A DNA stretch of 32,000 nucleotides, taken from Amoeboradix gromovi X-113 (lineage: Eukaryota > Fungi > Sanchytriomycota). Location: positions 8,693 to 40,692 of the forward strand of contig JADGIF010000017.1 in NCBI GenBank assembly GCA_018985225.1. Direction: 5' to 3'. Below are positions 19,727-29,331 of the stretch, piece by piece; position 1 is the stretch's first letter; each line of letters opens with the position of its first letter. The notes beneath the pieces were generated by a model that worked only from the letters and a program-made list of their open reading frames with translations, did not search any database and was not told where the DNA came from. Both the position numbers and the translations under genes were made by a program.

Positions 19727-19746
19727 GGAGTGAATATTAATTTGAA
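19605..19746 (+). ncRNA. Putative Fanzor2 omegaRNA (scaffold to 19726 plus flank-derived guide)
   Basis: Conserved in all four copies; stems AGTGA/TCACT, CTAGC-ATT-GCTAG, GATTTC-TCG-GAAATC and a possible closing TCCT/AGGA. Right-end position matches known TnpB/Fanzor omegaRNAs. Expression not shown. Confidence 0.65.
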
Positions 19747-19767
19747 TCATTTATTTTTTTAAACAAT

Positions 19768-20733
19768 TTACTGTACTTGTGTAAAATGTGCAAGTACTGC
19801 CACACATCCAACTATACTCTCATTTCCATACTGGCTTGCCTTGTACATTCTTTCAGCTATAATCTTTGCCATTTTAGGCCTCAACATATAATCATTGTCT
19901 TTCAAAGGCATTACTTTAATCACCTTCAACATTCCATTCATTATGTCATTTGGGGAGTATCCTTGTTTGTATAGTCCCACAATCTTCTCAATGCCCATGT
20001 TCAAGTTCTTGTTCAAGCAAAATGCTATACCATCTTGAATAATGCTAGGATGAGGTGTATCTGCTACCTTGTAGACAGCATCAGCAACTAGCGGTTGAGG
20101 GAAAGTGCTTGCACTTTGTAATATGTTCACAGCTTGTCTTAGATCACCCTCACTGGTAAATGCTACGGCTTCCACAAATTCGCGAGTTAATTCTATGTTC
20201 TCTAGTTTGGCAATATGATACACACGAGCGCAAATCTCAGAGTCAGTTATATGTGCATACCTTAGTATTGCACATCGGCTTTGAATTGGCTCTATCACTT
20301 TACTGCTGAGATTACATGCCAAGGCAAATCTAGTAGAACTACTGTACATCTCCATTATTCGCCGTAGAGCTTGCTGAGAACCAGTTGTCATACTATCAAC
20401 TTCATCTAAAATAACAATCTTGAATAGATTAGAAGGTAAAGTAACTTTTTGTTGAGCAAATTGTTTGATTTGATTACGAACAACGTCAATACCACGCTCA
20501 TCACTTGCATTAAGTTCAAGCACAGCTTTCTTGTAATGCTCACCAAGCAAATCGTGAGCCAATGCATGCATACTACTAGTTTTACCAATGCCTGCACTTC
20601 CGCTCAGTAGAAGGTGGGGCATGTTCTTACTAGCCAGCATGCTTTTTAATCGCTGCACAATATCTTCATTGCCTACAACATCAGATAATGACCTTGGTCT
20701 GTACTTTTCAACAAGAGGTAATTCTGCACTCAT
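19768..20733 (-). CDS. RFC4: Replication factor C small subunit (yeast Rfc4/human RFC2)
   Basis: ELPLVEKYRP, GIGKTS, LELNASDERGIDVVRNQIKQFAQQKVTLP, ILDEVDSMT, QSRCAILRY; first ATG at 20733. Confidence 0.93.
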   Translation of the reverse strand: MSAELPLVEKYRPRSLSDVVGNEDIVQRLKSMLASKNMPHLLLSGSAGIGKTSSMHALAHDLLGEHYKKAVLELNASDERGIDVVRNQIKQFAQQKVTLPSNLFKIVILDEVDSMTTGSQQALRRIMEMYSSSTRFALACNLSSKVIEPIQSRCAILRYAHITDSEICARVYHIAKLENIELTREFVEAVAFTSEGDLRQAVNILQSASTFPQPLVADAVYKVADTPHPSIIQDGIAFCLNKNLNMGIEKIVGLYKQGYSPNDIMNGMLKVIKVMPLKDNDYMLRPKMAKIIAERMYKASQYGNESIVGCVAVLAHFTQVQ

Positions 20734-20909
20734 CCCCGTTGTCAACAAAATTTTAATCTCGAAATTGACGATATCTGACACTTTCAAGTTGTCGTGGCTA
20801 CGATTATCGGTAAAAGTTAAAATTCAGTTATGCAGCTTTTGTCTCAAGGGATATATTGGTAAAGTGGCGATAAGTGCTAAATTTCAATTTCAGTAAGCAA
20901 ACATTTATT

Positions 20910-22931
20910 TTATTGTACAAAGTTGGTAATCATGATTACCAAAATTCCGCTTAATACAGACGAGCCACTGTACATTAAGTCAGTTGGGGCTTCTAGTACA
21001 GAAGCATATGACACCTGACTTTTATCATGCGCTACAGACTTCTCAGGTACAGCTGAGGATTCGCTTTTTGCAGAATTAGCAGGCAGTTTTGATGCTTCTG
21101 ATTCTGATGCTTCTGATTTTGACGGTTCTGATTTTGACGGTTCTGATTTTGACGATACTGGCTTTGATGGTACTGGCTTTGATGGTTTTGGTTTTGACTG
21201 CTCCTCATTTAATGGGGCTATAGGTACATATGGGGTTGAATCAGACGCCGTAGCAATGATATTTGCAGGCTTTGATTTTATTGGGGCAGATTCTGGTAAT
21301 TTGTATGCATTTTCGATTGGCTTGGACGCTTCCATCTTTGCAACTGTAGGTTTTACTGCTTTTGGCAGGGGATTCAAAGTTTTGCAAAATGCTCCCCCGT
21401 ATCCTGGTTTACACTCGCAACCAAATGCGGTACAAGTTCCATTAGCACCACACTTACATGCCTTATCTCCAAGTTGATGCTTAGCCTGAATAACTTGGCA
21501 TTCCTTTGCCTTCTCTAAGTCTGAACTAGTTTTGATTACGTCTTCGGTTTTCTTTTGTAATTGGGTTAAGCATTGTTTTCTTGCTGCTTCTAAAGCCAAA
21601 CTAATACCATTGACCATGGTAAACGCATAATCTGCAATACAACCTTTTATAATGTATTGCAGATCTGCCTTGTTTCCAACTGTTAGAAAATCATGAGCAT
21701 CGCAGATCATATTGCAATTCTTTTCTGCTTCCTCCAACGATGGCTTCACCAAAGCGTTCTGAGCTTTGGTTGGTAAGAGCACTGCATCTTTAGGCGGTGC
21801 TACATATTTTACTGGCACATGGATTTTGAATCCAGTGTGTACCTTCTTACCTGTTTCTTGGCCATAGCTATTCTTTGGACGAGTCTCTTCAGTTTCTACT
21901 GGGGCAGTGGCTTTTTGAGTTTCTACTGGGGCAGTGGCTTTTTGAGTTTCTACTGGGGCGAGATCTACAATTGGTGTTACTGGTTTTGGAGGTGTGTATA
22001 TAACATCACAACTTACTGGTAGCTGGCACTCGTTGAATCCTGGTGCTGGGGCTGATTTTGGCATTGCTACAGTCACCTCATTTGGTGCAAAATACGACTG
22101 ACTGTCAGCCACTACATACTCTGGGACAGTCACATCTGCAACATGTTCATAATCAGGATTGCATATGGATGGAGCATATTTGGATACATCTTGACCTGGT
22201 GCATTCACGACTACATCCAACCCCAGTGCGAAGTTCTTGTTAGTGTTGATAACAATGTTCCCTGGTAATGTTACGATTGATCCCCCATTAGGAGTTACTT
22301 GAATTGTAGTACCATGAGATGCGGCACACTTGTTAGACGAATGGCAGTTATACTGGGTAGTTGCCAAGTCGGCCACGTAAACATTGTCCAAATAGCGAAT
22401 ACCTACCTTAGTATTGCATGTAGGACCTCCATAGCATTTCTCATGGAGAACTTGTACATCGAATAAGTCACTCTTAACCAACCACGCAGCTCCTTCGGCA
22501 TAGTTGTTGTATTGAACATTTGTAAAGGTGGAGATATGAGGATCTCCTGTACTTTTGCAACTTGCTTGCTGTTGCTCAAAGTTGCGATTGATGGCTAATT
22601 GTGGATCAGCAACTGGAATTTCGCCACCGTTCTTTGAGCAGATCTTCATTTTTAGCAAATCTGTTTTTACTCCCTCGCCTCGATCACTCAACATTCCAAT
22701 GAAGTTGATAGGTTCTGCTACTAATCCTATACCGTTTTTTACATCTATTCGGCATTTGTCAATCGCAGCTATAGGGGACTCAAAGAAAATTGAGAAATCA
22801 TCGTCAATAGGCTTGAAGTCCATTTTCACCACTCCAGCTTGAGTCGCAGTGCATTGTACATCTTTGACATCAAAGGTTGGTCCAACTGGAGCCATTGCAT
22901 CACGTGATAACGCTAAAGAAAACAAGTTCAT
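20910..22931 (-). CDS. Secreted VWD- and EGF-domain protein with Pro/Ser stalk and GPI-like tail
   Basis: CKSTGDPHISTF (VWD GDPH), EGF-like CKCGANGTCTAFGCECKPGYGGAFC, APVETQKAT and SKSEP repeats, hydrophobic C-terminus. Confidence 0.85.
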   Translation of the reverse strand: MNLFSLALSRDAMAPVGPTFDVKDVQCTATQAGVVKMDFKPIDDDFSIFFESPIAAIDKCRIDVKNGIGLVAEPINFIGMLSDRGEGVKTDLLKMKICSKNGGEIPVADPQLAINRNFEQQQASCKSTGDPHISTFTNVQYNNYAEGAAWLVKSDLFDVQVLHEKCYGGPTCNTKVGIRYLDNVYVADLATTQYNCHSSNKCAASHGTTIQVTPNGGSIVTLPGNIVINTNKNFALGLDVVVNAPGQDVSKYAPSICNPDYEHVADVTVPEYVVADSQSYFAPNEVTVAMPKSAPAPGFNECQLPVSCDVIYTPPKPVTPIVDLAPVETQKATAPVETQKATAPVETEETRPKNSYGQETGKKVHTGFKIHVPVKYVAPPKDAVLLPTKAQNALVKPSLEEAEKNCNMICDAHDFLTVGNKADLQYIIKGCIADYAFTMVNGISLALEAARKQCLTQLQKKTEDVIKTSSDLEKAKECQVIQAKHQLGDKACKCGANGTCTAFGCECKPGYGGAFCKTLNPLPKAVKPTVAKMEASKPIENAYKLPESAPIKSKPANIIATASDSTPYVPIAPLNEEQSKPKPSKPVPSKPVSSKSEPSKSEPSKSEASESEASKLPANSAKSESSAVPEKSVAHDKSQVSYASVLEAPTDLMYSGSSVLSGILVIMITNFVQ
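21891..21959 (-). repeat. 27-bp coding tandem repeat (APVETQKAT x~2.5)
   Basis: AGTTTCTACTGGGGCAGTGGCTTTTTG repeated on the + strand. Confidence 0.9.
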
Positions 22932-23785
22932 TCTATATGTCTTACGTTATCTTGCTCTGCTTTTAAATCCATTTTCGCTAATTATTAAGTTTCTGATTGG
23001 TTTAGGAAGATGATAAAATTCCAATCAGTAATCAATTCTGAGAATAGATTAACACTGTAAATTAAAAGTAAAAAAGTGGCAAATTAATATTTTTAATCTC
23101 TTAGGCCCTTATGATTTGCGGGTCGCCGTGTCAGCAAATTATTCAAGGCGAATTTGCGCATTTACCGAATCCTGATTATAATTAAGTGCGACCAAGCCTT
23201 ACTGGTACTTGCCACTTAAATACAGCTTTATTTTTGTAGCTTGCCCCAAGTAGTACAGTCAGAAATAATAATACATTTTTTGTTATCCATTTAGCTAATG
23301 GCGCATGTACTTCTTTAATGCCAGACCCGTATCTAAGTACTGCCTATATAATTGATGTTTCTTTATCTTTAGTATAATCAGCTGAAATGCAGTGAGTTTT
23401 AGTAGAGTAGTATGTTCAACTCTGCTACTCTAACTCCCTCGAATAATGTAGAAACTTTAATTCCAAAGTCATTCGGAAACTTAATAGGAAATTCTTGTGG
23501 ACCAAGGTCAAATTTCCTGCGCATTGCATTTCTCAAGATATACTACTAGTTCAGGATAGGCATCAACATTCATGATAGTCTTCTGGAACAGGATTCGCTG
23601 AATCTGCTACTAATTGGTATTTAGCTCTCGTTCTAACATGCACAGTGATGAGAAATAGCGAGGCGGATACTAGCTATACTCACAGTATTTTCTATGGTAC
23701 ACCCTTTGGTGAGCTTTTAGATGGTCCGTTATACAGAAATTGGACAAACAACAAATAAATGGTTTATTCAATGGAATTCATCATC

Positions 23786-24253
23786 TCGTTAAAAGTCCTG
23801 ATTTCCGAGAAAATTGAGAATTTTGACAGAGAAACTGACCGTCACAGTGATTGCTCACGCTTGCACTACCCTGAGGCGGGATTGAATAAGGATGCAGATA
23901 CTTGATGTATATGTTCCTTTCTGCCATATGGTCTCTATCTATTTCCAAATGACACGATGTACATGAATAGCTCTCCAAATTGGTTTTCTTTAGAGTGCCA
24001 CATAGTGTACATGGCATCAAATTTCCATCTTTGGACCAGCTTATCAGTCTGAGACGAATGTATGCTGCACCTGCTAGTTATTTCTTTAGATTTGACATAT
24101 TCAGGATTGCATCCATTTATTCCATTTACCATTTGCGAAAAGGAAGAATATCGAGTATTTGAGCTATTAGAAAAATCTGGAAAAGTCTTGAAATTATACA
24201 AAAATGCATACAAATTCACGATAAATGATTTATTCAAGAAAACAATCGAGCCG
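23786..24253 (-). mobile_element. IS607/Fanzor2 deletion derivative, copy C (468 bp)
   Basis: Left end CCGG-CTCGATTG, TnpA start MVNGINGCNPEYVKSKEITSRCSIHSS, zinc ribbon CTLCG...CTSCHLEIDRDHMAERNIYIKYL, right end GGACTTTTAACGA. Confidence 0.9.
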
Positions 24254-24475
24254 GCTCATACATGCAGCATAATCCTACTTAAGGATCATTTAAATTAGAT
24301 CATGGTCATTTATGACTATATTGTTGTGGGCTTCTGGTAATTCAACATCTTCAATTTCATTAAATACTTACCTTAGGCTATGAACAAGTCTCGCAAATGA
24401 GTAGTATAAAATCTTTTTAAGGCTTGTGGGTTCTCAATTTTACATCTTATCCAAGCCGCTCATTTTGAGGAGTTT

Positions 24476-25275
24476 GGGACACCGAATATAAAAACTTGGG
24501 TACTGTTTTTAAGAATATTTCGAGATATCTTGATTTGTGGGTAATGTAGTAAATCAAATACAAATACTATTTCAAGAGTTTTCAACCAGATATATGGCAA
24601 ACAGAATGTATAAAACCTGAAAACATTATTGATTATGAAATACAAGTCGTACGTTTTGACCATTCGGTCTATTCAACTGTAGATGAGCGGTATTAAGAGA
24701 AGCTGAAGTTGGTTCTAAATAACACTGCTTATGCCATTAATTTTTTACCCTTCACAATTAACATGTTCGGAAAAGATTTCGAGAAATTTTATAACCAAGC
24801 AACCCAAAGTTAGATGGCACTAATTAAGATCATTCGAAATCGATCCGGATATTTTCGATTTATTTAGAGCAGAATTGTATAAGATCGATTTTTCACATGA
24901 AGATGATAAAATGTTATCTGAAATTCGAATTTTAAACTGTTACGGACTCAAGATGACTGCGAAGGATAAATAAAACAAGTTCATTCCACCTTCTTAAGTA
25001 ATTCGATTCCAAAATTTCAAGTCACTCAAATAAATTAAATGTTTGGTCTAATTATCATGTTTCATTGAATATTCTCTAGAATTCTATTGGTCTTTATTTA
25101 ATATAATATCTAAATTTGGTTTAGAATTATCTTTAAATGGAAAAATTGATGTGACAAATGAAAATGGACTTGAAATTGGAAGTTTTGACTAGAACTGTTT
25201 CACAGGTGCTGAAATGTTCAAATTTTAAGTACTATGAAATTTTTGAGTTGCAATAGCCTTTATATTTGGTGCCCC
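24476..25275 (+). mobile_element. GGGACACC-TIR element (800 bp) with an unrelated decayed interior
   Basis: GGGACACCGAATATAAAAACT at 24476 and inverted GGGGCACCAAATATAAA ending at 25275; broken ORF fragments inside. Confidence 0.7.
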
Positions 25276-25390
25276 ATTTGTTTTAAGACGTTTGTCCAAT
25301 TTTTGCAATTATTTCTCACGTTATACAAAAAAACTTCATATTACAAGAGACAATAATCCTATCTCGTGTCTAACATGATTTATTGAAGTG

Positions 25391-26320
25391 TCAGTCTACT
25401 ACATTCATCGTTTTTACATGTTTTCCATAAATCGGCTGATATTTGTCAAAAACCCATTTCAGTTCTTTTTTGTACAGCTCCTGCAACGCTTGGATCTGCT
25501 CGGTTGTAGGTTTGCTCGTCTTTTTCACGGCTATGGGTCTACCAACTATTGTAGTCAATGGCTCCTTGTACGGTAAAATCGCAAATAAACCATGAAACAC
25601 AGTCAGTAAAAATCCAAAATAGTTTTTAATAAACGACTGAATTTGTAGCAAGTTTTTGTTCTCTATTTTATAGACTTTGTAAATATCAGTTTCACCAAAT
25701 GTGAATACAGGTACAACATCAACTCCATTCTCCAATGCTAGTTTAAAAAATCCCATTCTTTTATTTATTATTACATTTATATTATACTTGTCATAATGTG
25801 TAACCTCTTGTGCGCCTCCCAGCACGACTGCCAGCGAGTTTCCTTGCTTCAAGTTCAATTCCATAGTCTTCTTAGAGCAGCTTAAGTAACCTAATAGAAT
25901 AAAAACATCTCTGAATATTGGCATATAGAAGTTGAAATCTATAGTCACCACTCTGATCGGTCTTTTGTAGTGTCTTGCAAAGTTGTTCCCATTTGTACCC
26001 AATGTACAAAAACAATTTGTTCCAATGATGCCATGCGGACTGTAGCTGAACAAGTACTGTTTGTCTTTTAATGGCTCATCTACTATTACTTGTGATGGGA
26101 AATATTCTGCCAAATGCTTAAATATTTCAGCATTTCTAAATCCTATACTATATCTCCCCGTATTAAATGGGCTCTTGTCCACCAACATCCATACAGTGTA
26201 CACTACCGCTATAATCCAGTAGTTACTGAATGTCAATAAAACGTATATAATAGGCGTGAAGAATATATTTGTGCATACTATCACACTGATAAACTGTTTC
26301 CAAGAGTCAAAGCCAAACAT
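25391..26320 (-). CDS. Diacylglycerol/monoacylglycerol acyltransferase (DGAT2 family)
   Basis: YFP, SPHG (HPHG variant), GGAQE, RMGFFKLALENGVDVVPVFTFGE, LPYKEPLTTIVGRPI. Confidence 0.93.
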   Translation of the reverse strand: MFGFDSWKQFISVIVCTNIFFTPIIYVLLTFSNYWIIAVVYTVWMLVDKSPFNTGRYSIGFRNAEIFKHLAEYFPSQVIVDEPLKDKQYLFSYSPHGIIGTNCFCTLGTNGNNFARHYKRPIRVVTIDFNFYMPIFRDVFILLGYLSCSKKTMELNLKQGNSLAVVLGGAQEVTHYDKYNINVIINKRMGFFKLALENGVDVVPVFTFGETDIYKVYKIENKNLLQIQSFIKNYFGFLLTVFHGLFAILPYKEPLTTIVGRPIAVKKTSKPTTEQIQALQELYKKELKWVFDKYQPIYGKHVKTMNVVD

Positions 26321-26728
26321 AGGAGAAATTTAATATAAAAATCATATCCGACCCAATGTTAGAGAACCTTGGCACTATAACTTGGAGGACCACCTGAAAA
26401 GATGTGTCATATAATATGCCTCCAAGCCTTTTTTCAATATGAAAATGCACTGGCACTCTCTTTCAAAATAGCTTGGCTGATTTGCACTTGAGCATATGTT
26501 GCACTATCACAGCTGATAACCATTTTCATATTCTGTCTTAATATTTGTTATCTTATTCTAGTGCTTCATTATAATCTTTTTTGCTCTTTTCGCTTTTTTT
26601 CATTTCTTTGTTGTGTTTGGCATGATGAATAAATGATAATGGGTAATCTAGTATTGTTTCTAGGTCCTCCTTTTACTTGGAAATGAGGACTTTTTGTCAC
26701 AATGGATCTCTTATATTTGCAATAACAT

Positions 26729-27167
26729 GGGACACCAAATATAAAATATATACCAAGTCTTTTTTAAAGTAGGTGCTTCATAGGGAGGAAATACTATTAT
26801 TAATAAAAGTCCTTTCAAACCAATTTTCTTTCATTGGCGTCATTCCTCTCTTTAAATAAAACAAGATGACTCTCTATCTCTTTCAAATAAGGTCTGAGTG
26901 TGTAGGCAAAAGGTGCATTATCTACTTCTTTACCACTATTATCTTCCATTTTCTTTTTCTTCTTACCACCTTAAGTACAACTTGTTTTTGTTTTCTCTTC
27001 TTCCTGTTAATCATTGTTTCTAAGATTTTGATGGATGAAAGTCTTTTATACTAAAATAATTTGCTTGAAGAGACTAATTTAGTTTAATTACTATCGGTTA
27101 ACACACACTTGAAATAATGATCCAACCTATTTCAGAAAGTTAGTCTACTTTTTACAGTATATGTTCC
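26729..27167 (-). mobile_element. Older GGGACACC-TIR element (439 bp), diverged relative of 12077-12554
   Basis: TIR at 26729 plus ~190 bp homologous to 12380-12554. Degenerate opposite end GGAACATATACTGTAAAAAGTAGACTAACTTTC reads from 27167. AT flanks both sides. Confidence 0.72.
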
Positions 27168-27322
27168 ATGGCTATATCACAACCTCTGTCATTCTACTAA
27201 TAATCATAATGTTTGCGTGTAGATTGTGTCAAACAAATACCAACACCTCTTCCACCAGTCAATATACGAGAGTTATGTTTCGTTAGGGTTTAAGTTTAAC
27301 TTTTAGTAAATTCATTTATTAA

Positions 27323-29146
27323 TCATAATTCCTCATCAACATGTTCCTTAAGATCTTCAACAGTGGCTCTCCTTCTGCAATACGGACAACAGTGCTGTGA
27401 TCTCAACCACTCCGTAATACAGTCCTTACAAAACTCATGTCCACATGGTAAGGAATGCTTACTACTCATCGCATCTCTACAAATTGGGCAGTTGTCACTC
27501 AAGTCTTGCTTTACGTTGCAGCAATTCATACACTGTTTGTCCTTGATAAATTCCTTCAAATCTCCCGGAAGATCTAAGTCCTTTATCAGACATAGTGGAT
27601 AGTGGCCTGATTTGTCCGCTATATTGTACCTTATACTCATTTTATTCAACATATAAATGTAGTCTACCATCATTTGTACTATTTGTTTAATTGTCGCTGG
27701 ATATTCTTTGATTACGCTTTTACTCTTCATCTTTAGTAGTGCATGTAACTTGCTTCTCTCTCCATTGTGCTCCACGTGATAACTCGCATATCTCTTCAAT
27801 AAAGAGTGCAATGGTGTAGTTCCAAATTCCAAGTCCGTTAGCTTCATGTTGTATTCATTCTTCTCATTTTGACTATTTAGTAGTGCTAATTCTACATTTC
27901 TTAGTACAACTGTATCTATTTCGCCATCGGATAATGGTATAAGAGGAATGTTATTCACTATGCACATTGTTGTCTTTATGGTCAGCTTTCTTAGCACTCT
28001 TATGAAAACATCTGCATAATAAACGCGCATATTAGCTAAAGTATATTGTTCAGTAGCGTTGAGTGTACTAATATCCAGTTTGTCAACAAATAAAAGGAGT
28101 TGTATACAGAGCAATTCATGATTGACAATATTTTTATCCTTGAGCAATGGACGAAGATCTATATCGTACCTACTCAATAGATAGTAATACTCGTATATGC
28201 CAGTGGAGACCGCATTGATGGTGTTGACAAGGCTGCTAGTATTGCTAGTATTGCTGGCATTACTAGCATTGAATATAGTGCTATGGTTGGCACTGTTTCT
28301 ATTCGAACCACCATTTGCATCTCTGTTAGCGCTAGTAGAGCTATAAGCAGCGCTAACATTTAATTCCATAACATTCTGAATGAGAGATTTGGAATAAAAT
28401 GGATCGTCTGGTGTAGGAAGTTTCCCAATATTAAACAAACATTCCAATTCATCCGATTGCCAAGAGCGGCACTCCAGTATAGACTTGCCATTATAAACAT
28501 GGAGAGCACTGCAGTGCTGCAGCATGGACTGCAAATCAGTGACATTAGAGGCAAACACTAAGGGTGAAGGATATAAAGACAACTGATCAACTGGTTGCGA
28601 TTTCTCAGCATGAAAAGAAAGAAGAGATTGTTTGTACAAAAGAGGGTACTTGGACAGTACAGATAAATGTACAAAGATATTATAAGGGATAGCAGAGTTT
28701 AAATCGCTATAAAATTGGCAAATAGCCTTCTGAGCTTGCTCACTTAAAACAACATTTGGTGTTGAAGAGAGGTAGCTGAGAAGAGGGCTTAGATCACCAT
28801 AGATTTCGGTGATCTCCAAATGAAAGGACTTGTGAAGATGGACCCATGTTAATGCACTCACGTTGACTTTAATAATTTCTAATAAAATCAAGTCCAAGGA
28901 GAGATATTGTATGTACAGAGGATAATTAACAAGAACTTGGCGAGTGACATGCTGGAGCAACAATTTGCTAGGAACTAATTGATTTTGGAGCATGAATAAC
29001 CAAATATCAATACCAAGACTATCAAAACATGGTTGAACATCATTAAAATTGTTTGGCTGCAATCCTAAATTTAAGAAATGGGTCAGAATCAAGTGCTTGC
29101 GATGATTTGGGGATTTCTTTTCGAGCTTCTCCAAAGTCAAAAGCAT
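27323..29146 (-). CDS. C-terminal RING-finger (C3HC4) protein, putative E3 ubiquitin ligase
   Basis: CPICRDAMSSKHSLPCGHEFCKDCITEWLRSQHCCPYCR; Leu-rich helical N-terminus not recognised. Confidence 0.85.
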   Translation of the reverse strand: MLLTLEKLEKKSPNHRKHLILTHFLNLGLQPNNFNDVQPCFDSLGIDIWLFMLQNQLVPSKLLLQHVTRQVLVNYPLYIQYLSLDLILLEIIKVNVSALTWVHLHKSFHLEITEIYGDLSPLLSYLSSTPNVVLSEQAQKAICQFYSDLNSAIPYNIFVHLSVLSKYPLLYKQSLLSFHAEKSQPVDQLSLYPSPLVFASNVTDLQSMLQHCSALHVYNGKSILECRSWQSDELECLFNIGKLPTPDDPFYSKSLIQNVMELNVSAAYSSTSANRDANGGSNRNSANHSTIFNASNASNTSNTSSLVNTINAVSTGIYEYYYLLSRYDIDLRPLLKDKNIVNHELLCIQLLLFVDKLDISTLNATEQYTLANMRVYYADVFIRVLRKLTIKTTMCIVNNIPLIPLSDGEIDTVVLRNVELALLNSQNEKNEYNMKLTDLEFGTTPLHSLLKRYASYHVEHNGERSKLHALLKMKSKSVIKEYPATIKQIVQMMVDYIYMLNKMSIRYNIADKSGHYPLCLIKDLDLPGDLKEFIKDKQCMNCCNVKQDLSDNCPICRDAMSSKHSLPCGHEFCKDCITEWLRSQHCCPYCRRRATVEDLKEHVDEEL

Positions 29147-29331
29147 TTGGCCTAAATGAACTGGATCACTTTATATGAAAATCGTGATCCTAAAACATCT
29201 GGGGATATAACCAATAAAGCAAAGTCATTAAAGCAGGTGTTCAATATGGTTGTAATGTTCTAAATAAAGGAGAAGGAAACGATTTGCGATAAACACGATA
29301 AAATAAAAATACTTTGTCTAAAAAGTGGCTC

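Noticed and set aside
23394-23436. Hairpin GAGTT...AGAGTAGTA/TGCTACTCT-AACTC as ncRNA or Helitron end
   Set aside because: Single occurrence, overlaps a probable coding relic, and no supporting motif or second copy.
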